The position numbers and the translations under genes are program-made. Shown here one piece after another: positions 1 to 9,194 of a stretch of DNA of 59,030 bases. The notes under the pieces are model-generated. The model ran no database searches, had not been told where the DNA came from, and worked only from the letters and a program-made list of their open reading frames with translations. The first letter of the stretch is position 1. The number at the start of each line of letters is the position of its first letter. Source of the DNA: Planctomycetales bacterium (GTDB lineage Bacteria > 4484-113); contig JAUWGS010000012.1 in the NCBI GenBank assembly GCA_030606285.1, forward strand, positions 1-59,030. Reading direction: 5' to 3'.

Positions 1-173
1 GCATTGAGAAGTTTGAGTGGGACCTTGACGGCAACGGCATCTATGAAGGTTCTGGTGAGAACCCGAACAACGAGCACACCTACGAAACCCCGGGAACCTA
101 CAACGCGAAGCTGAGAGTTACTGACAACAAAGGCGCTCAGGATACAGATACGGTGACTATCACCGTCAATTGA
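1..173 (+). CDS. C-terminal end of a PKD-domain secreted protein (5' partial at window edge)
   Basis: Frame 3 translates to ...DLDGNGIYEGSGENPNNEHTYETPGTYNAKLRVTDNKGAQDTDTVTITVN*, a typical PKD beta-sandwich C-terminus; stop TGA at 171-173. Confidence 0.6.
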   Translation, partial: IEKFEWDLDGNGIYEGSGENPNNEHTYETPGTYNAKLRVTDNKGAQDTDTVTITVN

Positions 174-294
174 TTGCCATCACGACCGCAGACAGTGGGG
201 GGGCCAGTAGACATCCCTTGCGATTGCGAACGACCATCCCGCTATCTCGTACTACGACCGTACCAACGGCGACCTCAAGTTCGCCATCTATTAT

Positions 295-520
295 TAGGCG
301 GGCAAAGCCCGCAAGGGCGTAGGGAATAGGGATTAGCTAAATCCTAACCCCTAAGCTCTGACCCCTCCACAGACGGGCAAGCCCGGCGTACTCATGGGGC
401 GGCGGGCAAGCATTTATGGCCGCCGCCCTGAGGTATACAGGGAAGAGCGGCGGGGCACAGGTCCCCGCCCTACAGGAAAGCGCGCAAGGGCAATTCGTGA
501 ATTGCCCCTACAAGAGCGGC
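295..520. repeat. Cluster of short hairpin units each followed by CCTAAG/CCCTACAR (REP/MITE-like family)
   Basis: Seen directly: ggattagctaaatcc+cctaag; ggcggcggg..ccgccgccc; gcggcggggcacaggtccccgcc+ctacag (447-477); gggcaattcgtgaattgccc+ctacaag (487-513, identical copy at 44178-44205). Confidence 0.5.
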
Positions 521-750
521 GCTGATGAGCGTTTCCTGCCCTGCTGGAGGCTGAGCCAGATTGCTCCGGAAACAGGTTGACTTGTAGAGTTCTCTTCGTT
601 ATATATACGGTAACTCAGCAGAGCCTGTCGCACGCAGTCCATCCCGACGGAAAGATTCCGCGATTCGGCGAAGCCTCGCCCGCACCGCGAACACCGGGCG
701 ATATGTGTCGCCCCTGCTGATGATAACCATTTGGTAAAGGAGAAACGACG

Positions 751-1881
751 ATGTCTGACAAGAAGGCTGACCTCGCAGGCCCCGGCATCGGTGATTACAC
801 CGAGCTGGAGAAAATCCTGCCTGAGGACTACACATCCCTGCTCTCGCCGAAGGACACGCAGAAGGCGCTCTTCGCGGTGAAGAAGTACATCGAGGACGGG
901 TTGTGCAGCGAGCTCAATTTGATGATGGTGCAGGTTCCGCTGATTGTGGACGTCAAAAGCGGCGTAAACGATATGCTGGACCGTGACGGCTCCCGCACGC
1001 CGGTTGGATTCCACATCTCAAACGACTACGACAAGCATCCCGTGGACGCACAGGTCGTGCAAGCGGCGACGAAATGGAAGCGTCCCGCACTGAAGCTGTA
1101 CGGCTGCGAGGTCGGCGAGGGCATCTGCACCGATATGAAGGCGGTGCGCAAGGACTACTTCCTCGACCACGACCACAGCAGCTACGTTGACCAGTGGGAC
1201 TGGGAAAGGGTTATGACCGCCGACCAGCGCAACCTCGACTTCCTCAAGGACGTTGTGCGCAAAATCTGGAAGGTCATCAAGGGCGCGGAGACGCACGTGC
1301 AGAAGCTGTTCCCGCAGCTCAAAACCGACAAGTACCCCGACCTGCCCGACGAGCTGAAGTTCCTCCACGCCGAGGAGATACTAGAGATGTTCCCCGACCT
1401 GCCGCGCAAACAGCGGGAAACGAAGATTGTCCAGAAGTACCCCGCCGTGTTCATCATCGGCATCGGATGGGTGCTGGCCGACGGCTATCCCCACGAGATG
1501 CGCGCCGCCGACTATGACGACTGGGTAACGGAGACCGTGTCCGAGGACGGCAGGCCCATGCACGGCTTAAACGGCGACATTTTAGTGTGGAACCCGGTGA
1601 CGAAGCGCCGCCACGAGCTGACCTCGATGGGCATCCGCGTTACCAAAGAAACGCTGAAGCAGCAGCTTGAGCTAACGGGACAGCTCGACTTCCTGGAGCT
1701 GCCGTACCATAAGGCGATACTCAACGACGAGATTCCGCTTTCTATCGGCGGTGGCATCGGACAGTCGCGCACCTACATGTCGATTCTCAAAAAGGCGCAT
1801 CTGGGGGAAGTCAGCGTGACCGTCTGGCCGAAGATACTCAAGGACATGTGTGCGAAGAAGAACATCCACGTTTTAGAGTAG
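751..1881 (+). CDS. asnA: Aspartate--ammonia ligase (asparagine synthetase A)
   Basis: 376 aa; AsnA-specific motifs DQWDWERV, SIGGGIGQSR, N-terminal KKYIEDGL...; RBS-like aaggagaaacgacgATG. Confidence 0.9.
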   Translation: MSDKKADLAGPGIGDYTELEKILPEDYTSLLSPKDTQKALFAVKKYIEDGLCSELNLMMVQVPLIVDVKSGVNDMLDRDGSRTPVGFHISNDYDKHPVDAQVVQAATKWKRPALKLYGCEVGEGICTDMKAVRKDYFLDHDHSSYVDQWDWERVMTADQRNLDFLKDVVRKIWKVIKGAETHVQKLFPQLKTDKYPDLPDELKFLHAEEILEMFPDLPRKQRETKIVQKYPAVFIIGIGWVLADGYPHEMRAADYDDWVTETVSEDGRPMHGLNGDILVWNPVTKRRHELTSMGIRVTKETLKQQLELTGQLDFLELPYHKAILNDEIPLSIGGGIGQSRTYMSILKKAHLGEVSVTVWPKILKDMCAKKNIHVLE

Positions 1882-1902
1882 GCGCTCCGGAAAATCTCGA
1901 AG

Positions 1903-1940
1903 CACTCAGGGCGGGTGTTCAATGCCCGCCCTGCTTTTTC
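1903..1940 (+). terminator. Rho-independent terminator after asnA
   Basis: agggcggg-tgttcaatg-cccgccct hairpin followed by gcttttTc T-run, 22 nt after asnA stop. Confidence 0.5.
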
Positions 1941-2049
1941 ACGCCCGGTTGTGTTGTAAGACGTGCGTGGCGATATAAACTCCTGAGCTCGTTGCTGCAA
2001 TGCGACGGATCAGAATTGAGATGCTGTTTGCGGCGCAAACAAGGGGCTA

Positions 2050-2375
2050 TTCTCTGTAGGGCGCGCACCTGTGGCGCGCCGCTGGGGGATTGCGCAAAGA
2101 TGGTAGACGGCGGGGCACACCCTCCGGCACCTGCGGAGTGGCGGGTAAAGGTCCCTGCCCTACAGAAAGAGCCGGGCTGGTTAGCCCGGCCTACCCGTGG
2201 AGGGTGGAATCACGGGCGGGACGCCCGTGCCACTAAGGAGACGCCCTACGGCGATTCACCCGTGGACGGCGAAGGGCACGGCGTGCCGTGCCCCACAATG
2301 GGTAGCGCCGGCTATCCAGTCGGCGGTAGCGGCAGTCAGCCGCCCTCCATAGGCGGGTAAACCTGGATAGGCGGC
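2050..2375. repeat. Second cluster of hairpin-CTACAR repeat units in the asnA 3' intergenic region
   Basis: ggcgcgcacctgtggcgcgcc palindrome; ggtccctgccctacag; gccgggctggttagcccggc+ctaccc; cacgggcgggacgcccgtg; ccctacggcgattcacccgtggacggcgaagggcacggcgtgccgtgcccc+acaa (about 85 percent identical to 2814-2870 inside the next CDS); ccgccctccataggcgggtaaacc. Confidence 0.5.
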
Positions 2376-2448
2376 TGAACCCAAAAGCGGAAGCGTATGG
2401 AGCTAAGCGGGGGTATAATTTACGTGAGACGAGGTCGCGCGGGGTGAG

Positions 2449-4800
2449 ATGATCGGGATAAGAGCAGGCAAATTCGCGCTGGGGACCGTCGCAGTTGCGG
2501 CGTGCATTGCGCTTGCGCTCGTGCTTAGCACTTGCGGTGGGGGGAGTGGCAAGAGTGCGGTAGTCCAGGGCTTAAGCCCTGGCTCTTCGCCAGACAATAA
2601 GACCAGCCCTGAAGGGCTAGACTACCAGGCGGATACGACGATTTCCCTCGACCAGACGCTTACAGAGCTTGAGGGGATGGAGAAACCGGAGGGAGTGGAC
2701 GAAGCGCTGTTTGAGGAATTGAAGGATGCGCTGAACGAGGCTCTTACCTGTAGGGCGGCCATTTATGGCCACCGCGATTCTAGCCGGAAAGATGACGGCG
2801 GGGATGAATCCCCGCCCTACAGCGATTCATCCGTGGACGGCGACGGGCACAGCATGCTGTGCCCCTACAAGTCCGTGGCGACACCCCCTACCGGCGAAGT
2901 AAATCGGGTCAACGACCTTACCATCCTCGACAAGGGCGATGGGACATACACGCTCACGTGGCATTACAGGAACCTCGGCGATTACGACCAAGATGGGATT
3001 GTGGGACTACCCGACATCTATCCGCTGGCGGAGCATTTTGGGGAGACCTATGAGCCGACCGATGCGAACTGCATCCAGGCAGTGATTGACGGCAGCAGCA
3101 ATGGGCGCATCGGCATTGAAGAAATCACGCCGATTGCGATGAATTACGCAGTGGACGTGCATCATTACGCGGTAGAAGGCGCGCCCGACCAAGAAGGCCC
3201 ATTTGAGCCGGTCGGCGAAATCGCACAGGATGCGGGAACCGGCGAGGGGCGCCTTGAATACAGCGCAATCATCGAATCCCCAGCCGCGCTGTGGCATAGA
3301 GTGGTGCCCTACGATAGCGAAGGCGAGCCGGGCGAGCCGAGTAATGCCGTGCTGCGGCCCAGCAATGAGCCGATAATCTACGAGGTCAGCCCCACCGAGG
3401 GCTACCAGCACGAGGAATACACGTTTACGGCGGTCGTGACCGGCGCGGAGATGCTTGAATACGCCTGGGACTTCGGCGGCGGCGCGGTGCCCAACACATC
3501 CTCCGATCCCTCACCGACCGTCACCCTCGCCGACGCAGGCGTTTACTCAGCCTCCCTCACCGTCACCAACGCCTACGGCGAAGCCTCCTTCCCTTTCACC
3601 CTCACCATCTCCGAACGCGACATCTGGGCCCATACCTGGGGAACTAGCGGTACGGATATTACGACTGACATAGTTATTGATGGAAATGGTTATGTATACC
3701 TCGCCGAAGTAGGTGGAGTACTGGTGAAGTTCAGCAGTTCCGGCGAGTTTCGCTGGGCGCGCTGCTGGGACACGGGTGGCCACCAGACTTTGACCGACTT
3801 GTGGCTAATGGACGATGGACGGCTCCTGGGCTGTGGCTCGTGCGCAGCTTCGGGTGGGGACGGATACGACGATGTGCTGTTGATTGAGTACAGCGACGAT
3901 GGAGATGTGTTGCGTGCGATGACATGGGGTACGGAGGATCACGAGCGCGCCAGTCAATTTGTGATAGACGACGCAGGCAACATCTATTTGTGTGGAAGCT
4001 GGACCGAAGCGTGGGGAGATGAGTCGGTGCTGCTAATGAAGCTCGATGCGGAGTGGAATGTGCTGTGGTCGAAGGTGTGGGGAAGCTTCAGCGATGATGA
4101 GAGCGCTCGCGGCATTGCGCTCAGCGACGGCGCTATATATGTATCGGGCAGCAAGGGCCCCTGGGGCACCGGTGACGCGCTGCTTATGAAGCTGACTCTG
4201 GAAGGCGAGGTGCTCTGGGCGAAAACCTGGGGTACGGAAAAGCATGACTCACTGACCGACCTAGTAATCTGCCCCGACGGGTGCATATATGCTGTGGGGA
4301 CAATTTGGAAACGCGATCCGGACCCTAAAGCCGGAATCATATTGAAATACGATAGGGACGGGAGTCTGTTGGCAGCCAAGGGCTGGAATCCGAACCAGAG
4401 GAGTGGGATTACGAGCATACGTGCTGACCCTTATGGAACGCTGACTGCGGTGGGAAGCGATGGATATGACCTACTGCTTGTCAGACTGGATAGTGACCTG
4501 AATGTGGTCGCGGGTAAGGCCAGGCATCCGGAGGGACACTCGAACCAAGGCGTTAGCTGCGCTTATGACGCTGATTTCAACCTGTATGTCGCTGGGAACG
4601 TACATGATTACCCGCTCGGACAGTGGGAGGACCTTGAGGACAGGAGTTACATCATTGAAGGTGTAGAGGCAGAGGTAGAGGGCACCGTTTGGAGCCCCAA
4701 CGGAGACTCCGCTATTCCTGATGGCACACAAACAGAAGTTACAGGAGTCATCGACGGTAGCTTCGGTGGCTTTGACTTGCTGATATTGAAGAACTATTAG
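2449..4800 (+). CDS. Secreted lipoprotein with dockerin-like Ca-binding repeat pair, PKD domain and SBBP beta-propeller repeats; N-terminal linker contains in-frame repeat-element insertions
   Basis: 783 aa; signal/lipobox LALVLSTCGGGSGKS; DYDQDGIVGLPDIYPLAEHFG and SNGRIGIEEITPIAMNY (dockerin-like); YAWDFGGG...YSASLTVTNAYGE (PKD); repeated WGTSGTD/WGTEDHE/WGSFSDDE/WGTEKHD blocks (SBBP); RBS ggggtgagATG. Confidence 0.75.
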   Translation: MIGIRAGKFALGTVAVAACIALALVLSTCGGGSGKSAVVQGLSPGSSPDNKTSPEGLDYQADTTISLDQTLTELEGMEKPEGVDEALFEELKDALNEALTCRAAIYGHRDSSRKDDGGDESPPYSDSSVDGDGHSMLCPYKSVATPPTGEVNRVNDLTILDKGDGTYTLTWHYRNLGDYDQDGIVGLPDIYPLAEHFGETYEPTDANCIQAVIDGSSNGRIGIEEITPIAMNYAVDVHHYAVEGAPDQEGPFEPVGEIAQDAGTGEGRLEYSAIIESPAALWHRVVPYDSEGEPGEPSNAVLRPSNEPIIYEVSPTEGYQHEEYTFTAVVTGAEMLEYAWDFGGGAVPNTSSDPSPTVTLADAGVYSASLTVTNAYGEASFPFTLTISERDIWAHTWGTSGTDITTDIVIDGNGYVYLAEVGGVLVKFSSSGEFRWARCWDTGGHQTLTDLWLMDDGRLLGCGSCAASGGDGYDDVLLIEYSDDGDVLRAMTWGTEDHERASQFVIDDAGNIYLCGSWTEAWGDESVLLMKLDAEWNVLWSKVWGSFSDDESARGIALSDGAIYVSGSKGPWGTGDALLMKLTLEGEVLWAKTWGTEKHDSLTDLVICPDGCIYAVGTIWKRDPDPKAGIILKYDRDGSLLAAKGWNPNQRSGITSIRADPYGTLTAVGSDGYDLLLVRLDSDLNVVAGKARHPEGHSNQGVSCAYDADFNLYVAGNVHDYPLGQWEDLEDRSYIIEGVEAEVEGTVWSPNGDSAIPDGTQTEVTGVIDGSFGGFDLLILKNY

Positions 4801-4819
4801 AATTAAGGAGGAAAATGAA

Positions 4820-7800
4820 ATGAGAATACTTGTGTATTCAGCTTTGATGGCCCTGGTATGCACGGTCGCTTTTCTCGTGGTTGACTGCGGAAAGGGCAGG
4901 GATCGTGTAGTTCCAGCGTTTCATCAAGCCAAGGATCTTTCTTTGGCTGGTGCAGTTTCCGGCCAAGTTGATCCGAGGTTTACGGAGGAGGACTACCGTG
5001 TAATGGCGATGCCGCTTTCAGAGCGCATCGCCTACTTGGAGAAAAAACTGAAGGACTTGCTATTCAAGCACTACGGTATCGTTATTGAAGAGGACGTTAC
5101 CGCAGCCAAGAAGGCTTCCTTAGACGACCCGTTCCACAAAGTATGCGTTTACGTAGACGTGGACAACCCCAAAGAGAACCTCCAGCTCGTTCAGACCGAA
5201 AACAAGTGGGAATGGACGCTCTCATTCCTTGAACGATTATGCGGCGACTACGACTGGAACGGCACCGTGAGTATCGCCGACATTACACCAATTGCGATGT
5301 ACTTCAACAAGAAAGAGGAAGACCTGGACTGGATGGACGGGCCATATCACGTTGACCGGCTAGCCAACGACGATGGCAAAATCAGCATCGCGGATATTAC
5401 GCCTTTGGCCATCAACTTCGGCTATCAACTCACAGGATACAACGTCTACTGGCAGGACAGCACCGGAGGTGACTGGAGGCTCATTGCGGAATGGGACGAG
5501 TTTGAGCGCTCGAGTGGAACCTACCGGGACGAATGGTCCGACGTCTTCACCAAAAAGAGCATCTATCGTGAAACGTCACCCCCGATCACCATTGAGACGT
5601 CAAGCGGTAATGACCTGATTCGGGTGAAGCCGGTATTCAGCAGCGGGGAGCAGGACATCCCCAGCGAAACCGACATCTTTGGCCACGAGCTTGATTCTGA
5701 AGATTATCCGGACGGCAATCACGCCCCGGTGGCTGAAATCACGGCTGATCCGACGGAAGCGGAATGCGACGAGACCGTGACCTTCGACGCAAGCGGGAGC
5801 ACCGATGAGGACGAGGACACGCTCTACTACGAGTGGGACTGGGATGTATCGAACGGTGCTCAATGGTTCGATTCCGGTACCACAGATACAGCCGAATGGC
5901 AGTATACTTTGCCGCGAATCTATACGGCCACCGTGTGTGTAACTGACCAAGTGGGTGATTGGCACACTGACACGGTTGAAGTCGAGGTAGAGTATGTCCC
6001 TGCGACTGAACCGCCGACTGTCATCGAGTTCACGGTGGTTCCTGAACGCGCAACACTGCCAGCGACCATCAAGTTTATGACCCGAGCACAAGACAGGGAC
6101 GGGGACATCATTGAGACCATCGCGTTCGATCCTGATGGCGACATTGACTGGGACGACACGTTCGATGATGAGGACGAGGAGTTTACTGTGGAGAATCCCG
6201 GCGCACCCGATTACGAGAAGGTCTATAAAGCGGAGTATGATGTCACGTTCAACAGATCGGATGACTGCATTGCCGATGACATCCACACGACGCTAATCAT
6301 GTGCAGAACCAAAGTCGCCGATGATGATGAGAACGATGATGACACAATTAACATAACCCCGCTGTCGCTCACGCACGCGAGTCCGGTCATTCACAGTGTA
6401 TCGATCAGTCCCAAGGTGGGAACGTCCGACCCAGGCAACCCGAATGATCCCGTGACGGTAACCATTGACGCTTCAGATGCTTCAGACGCAGATGGGCCCG
6501 ACCAGTTCCCAACGAGGTTCGTCTTCTCGTTCGGTGATGGGTCAGTCGATCACACGGAGTCGTACGGCCAGCAGGGTTTTGACGGAATAGCGACCCATCC
6601 TTACAACGATCCCGGCGTATACCAAATCACAGTCACATGCTACGACGACGACCACACGGATATGGAAGGGAGCTGTAACGAACCTTCCAAGCACGTATTC
6701 GAATACAGTTGGGAGGACGACGAAGACGAAGATGGTAAAGTTTGGATTTACTTCGCTCCCGTATGGAAGCGTAACGAGGTCGTTGACAACGGAAGCCATA
6801 TCATTGATGGTGCGGACTGGCATAGCCTGGGCATACCCAGCATCGCCATCGATATTAATCCCAACACGGGATTCCCGGGAGTTGCATATGTTGGTCAGCC
6901 GGACGAAGAGGACCGCGAAGAGGACTGGCCGCTTATGTGTGCTCTCTTCTCTGAGAAGGGGAGCGAGGAAAACGGATGGAGCGACCCTGACATGGTCTGG
7001 ATGGAGAGCCTCGAAGAGGAAATTGCCAATATCGGTCAGCAATGCGACCTGACTTACCAGCCCTCAACCGCGCTACCGCTAGTAGCGGCTACGATAGAGA
7101 GGTATGAATTCGGGACAGGGCTGCCGCTGCCGGGGGGAATAGTACTGTACTATGGAGATGGAGGCTCTTGGCAATACTCATGGTTGGTGGATGACAACAC
7201 TGCATTACATTCATCGCCAATTCGCCTGGTTTCAATTGTGACGGGAAATGGCGGCAACTTCGTTCACTACAAGTTCGTGGAAGGTTTCGAAGAGGACCCT
7301 GCACTAATGGAGATATGTGACACTTCTGACCTTAACCAGTATGTCATCGTCGAGTCAGTCGGCTGGGAAACTGGCGGGGATGTGGGCAGGTCGCACGATC
7401 AGAAGCCATATCAAGGCAATCCGTACCAGAGAAAGAACTCGACGGTTTACAGCTACTCCCTGGAGTCAACGGACTACTTGAAATACGAACTCCTGTACTA
7501 CAATTATTTCTATCAGCAATATGATTGGACCGGCGTCCCCGAGACAATATCCCCGCCAGCACCTTCAACATACAGTACGAGGATGATTGCACATGATTAC
7601 CTTGGCGCTAAGTATGGTGTCCTTTGGGTCGACGGCAGCTCGGGCCTGAACTTCAAGCAGAGCGACTGGCAAAATGAGGACGAAGTGGAACCGGATGTCG
7701 GATCGTATTGCGACTTCGACTACGACCAAACCACGGGGATCATATGCGTCGCTTACGAGAAGCTGAGCGGCCAGAACATGGAGATCTACGTGGAAGTATA

Positions 7801-7960
7801 CATGGACGACGATTGGGTGGAGCTGGAAGATCCTATTGATAACCTGGGTGTAGGTGGTATATCACACTTGGACCTTGACGTTTCTAACGGTTACATTTAC
7901 GTAGCATACAGCAAGAACGACAACATCTACTGTGCGGTGATCGATTTCTACGATAGGTAG
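4820..7960 (+). CDS. Large highly acidic secreted protein with two dockerin-like repeat pairs and a PKD domain
   Basis: 1046 aa; signal peptide MRILVYSALMALVCTVAFLVV; DYDWNGTVSIADITPIAMYF and NDDGKISIADITPLAINFG; PKD block VTFDASGSTDEDEDTLYYEWDWD...YTATVCVTD; D/E-rich; RBS aaggagg 10 nt upstream; 19 nt after previous gene (operon). Confidence 0.75.
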   Translation: MRILVYSALMALVCTVAFLVVDCGKGRDRVVPAFHQAKDLSLAGAVSGQVDPRFTEEDYRVMAMPLSERIAYLEKKLKDLLFKHYGIVIEEDVTAAKKASLDDPFHKVCVYVDVDNPKENLQLVQTENKWEWTLSFLERLCGDYDWNGTVSIADITPIAMYFNKKEEDLDWMDGPYHVDRLANDDGKISIADITPLAINFGYQLTGYNVYWQDSTGGDWRLIAEWDEFERSSGTYRDEWSDVFTKKSIYRETSPPITIETSSGNDLIRVKPVFSSGEQDIPSETDIFGHELDSEDYPDGNHAPVAEITADPTEAECDETVTFDASGSTDEDEDTLYYEWDWDVSNGAQWFDSGTTDTAEWQYTLPRIYTATVCVTDQVGDWHTDTVEVEVEYVPATEPPTVIEFTVVPERATLPATIKFMTRAQDRDGDIIETIAFDPDGDIDWDDTFDDEDEEFTVENPGAPDYEKVYKAEYDVTFNRSDDCIADDIHTTLIMCRTKVADDDENDDDTINITPLSLTHASPVIHSVSISPKVGTSDPGNPNDPVTVTIDASDASDADGPDQFPTRFVFSFGDGSVDHTESYGQQGFDGIATHPYNDPGVYQITVTCYDDDHTDMEGSCNEPSKHVFEYSWEDDEDEDGKVWIYFAPVWKRNEVVDNGSHIIDGADWHSLGIPSIAIDINPNTGFPGVAYVGQPDEEDREEDWPLMCALFSEKGSEENGWSDPDMVWMESLEEEIANIGQQCDLTYQPSTALPLVAATIERYEFGTGLPLPGGIVLYYGDGGSWQYSWLVDDNTALHSSPIRLVSIVTGNGGNFVHYKFVEGFEEDPALMEICDTSDLNQYVIVESVGWETGGDVGRSHDQKPYQGNPYQRKNSTVYSYSLESTDYLKYELLYYNYFYQQYDWTGVPETISPPAPSTYSTRMIAHDYLGAKYGVLWVDGSSGLNFKQSDWQNEDEVEPDVGSYCDFDYDQTTGIICVAYEKLSGQNMEIYVEVYMDDDWVELEDPIDNLGVGGISHLDLDVSNGYIYVAYSKNDNIYCAVIDFYDR

Positions 7961-8084
7961 AATCGTAGTTCGGGCAGGATGTTGGACTCAGACGCGCAGC
8001 CCGCTCCTTTAAGGCGGGCTCCGCTGACATCCTGGTCGCAGTTTAACCGCGCCATTGACTTCGGCTATTCCGCGTGACACAATA

Positions 8085-8265
8085 GATATGTCCGCTGGTT
8101 CAAGGAAGGCGGTGAGAATCCGCCGCGGGCCAGCCACTGTGAGGTGGACCGGACCGCCGATATCCCATTGGCCCCGCCCGGCGCGGGGCTGAGAAGGGGG
8201 CGGAACCGGGATGAAACCGAGCCAGGAAACTTGTCGGCGGGCGACAACACGAGCTTCTGGGATTA
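8085..8265 (+). promoter_or_regulatory. Cobalamin (adenosylcobalamin) riboswitch
   Basis: Conserved core seen directly: aaggaaggcGGTGAGAATCCgccgcgggccaGCCACTGtga (B12 box) then gagaagggggcggaaccgggatgaaaccgagccaggaaac; sits 5' of an ABC importer and TonB receptor operon. Confidence 0.7.
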
Positions 8266-8387
8266 AAGTGAAGTGTTGCGAACGCTGCATACAAACTGCG
8301 AACCGACCCCACCCCGCAGAGCCGCGCTCGCCTGACGCATTTTGCGCCAGCACTCCTGTTCCCGAAGCCCGCGTGAAGTGAAACGCT

Positions 8388-9194
8388 ATGGCGGAAGCGC
8401 TGGCTGCAATCGGGGTGTCCGCGGGATACAACTCCCGGCGCGTTTTGCACGACCTGAATCTCACCGTGGAGACGGGCGAGTTCGCCGCGCTCATCGGCCC
8501 CAACGGCGCGGGCAAGACCAGCCTTTTACGCCTCTTCACCAACCGCATCCGGCGCAGTGCAGGGACAGTGCGCGTGATGGGCACGGAGGCGCGCACGATG
8601 CCGGCGGCGGTGCGCGGGGCGACCATCGGCGTGCTCACGCAGGAGCGGGCGGCGCCGGTGCCGCTGAGCGTGTGGGAAATGGTAATGCTGGGACGGCTGC
8701 CGCACCTGGGGCCACTGGCACAGCCCCGGACGCATGACCGCGAAACCGTGGAGCGGACGCTGGCGGAGCTTTCACTGAGCGATTTCACAACTCGGCGCTT
8801 TACCGAGCTATCGGGCGGGGAGAGGCAGCGAGTGCTGCTCGCGCGCGCGATGGCGCAGGAGCCGAAGATACTGCTGCTCGACGAACCGACGGCACATCTG
8901 GACCTCACGTACCAGAAGGAGCTGATGGACGCGCTGCTCAAGCTTCGCGAGACGCGGGGGCTTACGGTGCTGGCGAGCCTGCACAATCTGTCGCTTGCGG
9001 GTAGCTACGCCGAGCGGCTCGTGCTGCTAAACGAGGGGCGCATCGTCGCCGACGGCACGCCCGCGGATGTGCTCAAGCTGGAGCGCTTAGAAGAGGTCTA
9101 CCACACGCGCCTCGTGCTGCTTACCGGGCACAACGGCGCGCCTATCGTAACTATAGAACCGGAGAACCGAAATGAGAACACTCGCAACGGTTAG
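8388..9194 (+). CDS. btuD: ABC transporter ATP-binding protein, FecE/BtuD family (B12/iron-complex import)
   Basis: Walker A GPNGAGKTSLLR, signature LSGGERQRVLLARA, Walker B ILLLDEPTAHLD; downstream of cobalamin riboswitch. Confidence 0.85.
   Translation: MAEALAAIGVSAGYNSRRVLHDLNLTVETGEFAALIGPNGAGKTSLLRLFTNRIRRSAGTVRVMGTEARTMPAAVRGATIGVLTQERAAPVPLSVWEMVMLGRLPHLGPLAQPRTHDRETVERTLAELSLSDFTTRRFTELSGGERQRVLLARAMAQEPKILLLDEPTAHLDLTYQKELMDALLKLRETRGLTVLASLHNLSLAGSYAERLVLLNEGRIVADGTPADVLKLERLEEVYHTRLVLLTGHNGAPIVTIEPENRNENTRNG

Noticed and set aside
295-520. Possible CRISPR array (also considered for 2050-2375, 19195-19420 and 48272-48730)
   Set aside because: The units are different palindromes rather than one repeated sequence. 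There are no regularly sized unique spacers and no cas genes, so a REP/MITE-like family fits better.
7961-8040. Terminator after the 1046-aa gene (agcccgc..gcgggct hairpin)
   Set aside because: No T-run follows the hairpin, so it was not listed as a feature.
8009-8986. 325-aa minus-strand ORF overlapping the riboswitch and btuD
   Set aside because: It is antisense to a well-supported ABC ATPase and a riboswitch. The S/R/A-rich low-complexity translation is typical of high-GC antisense frames.
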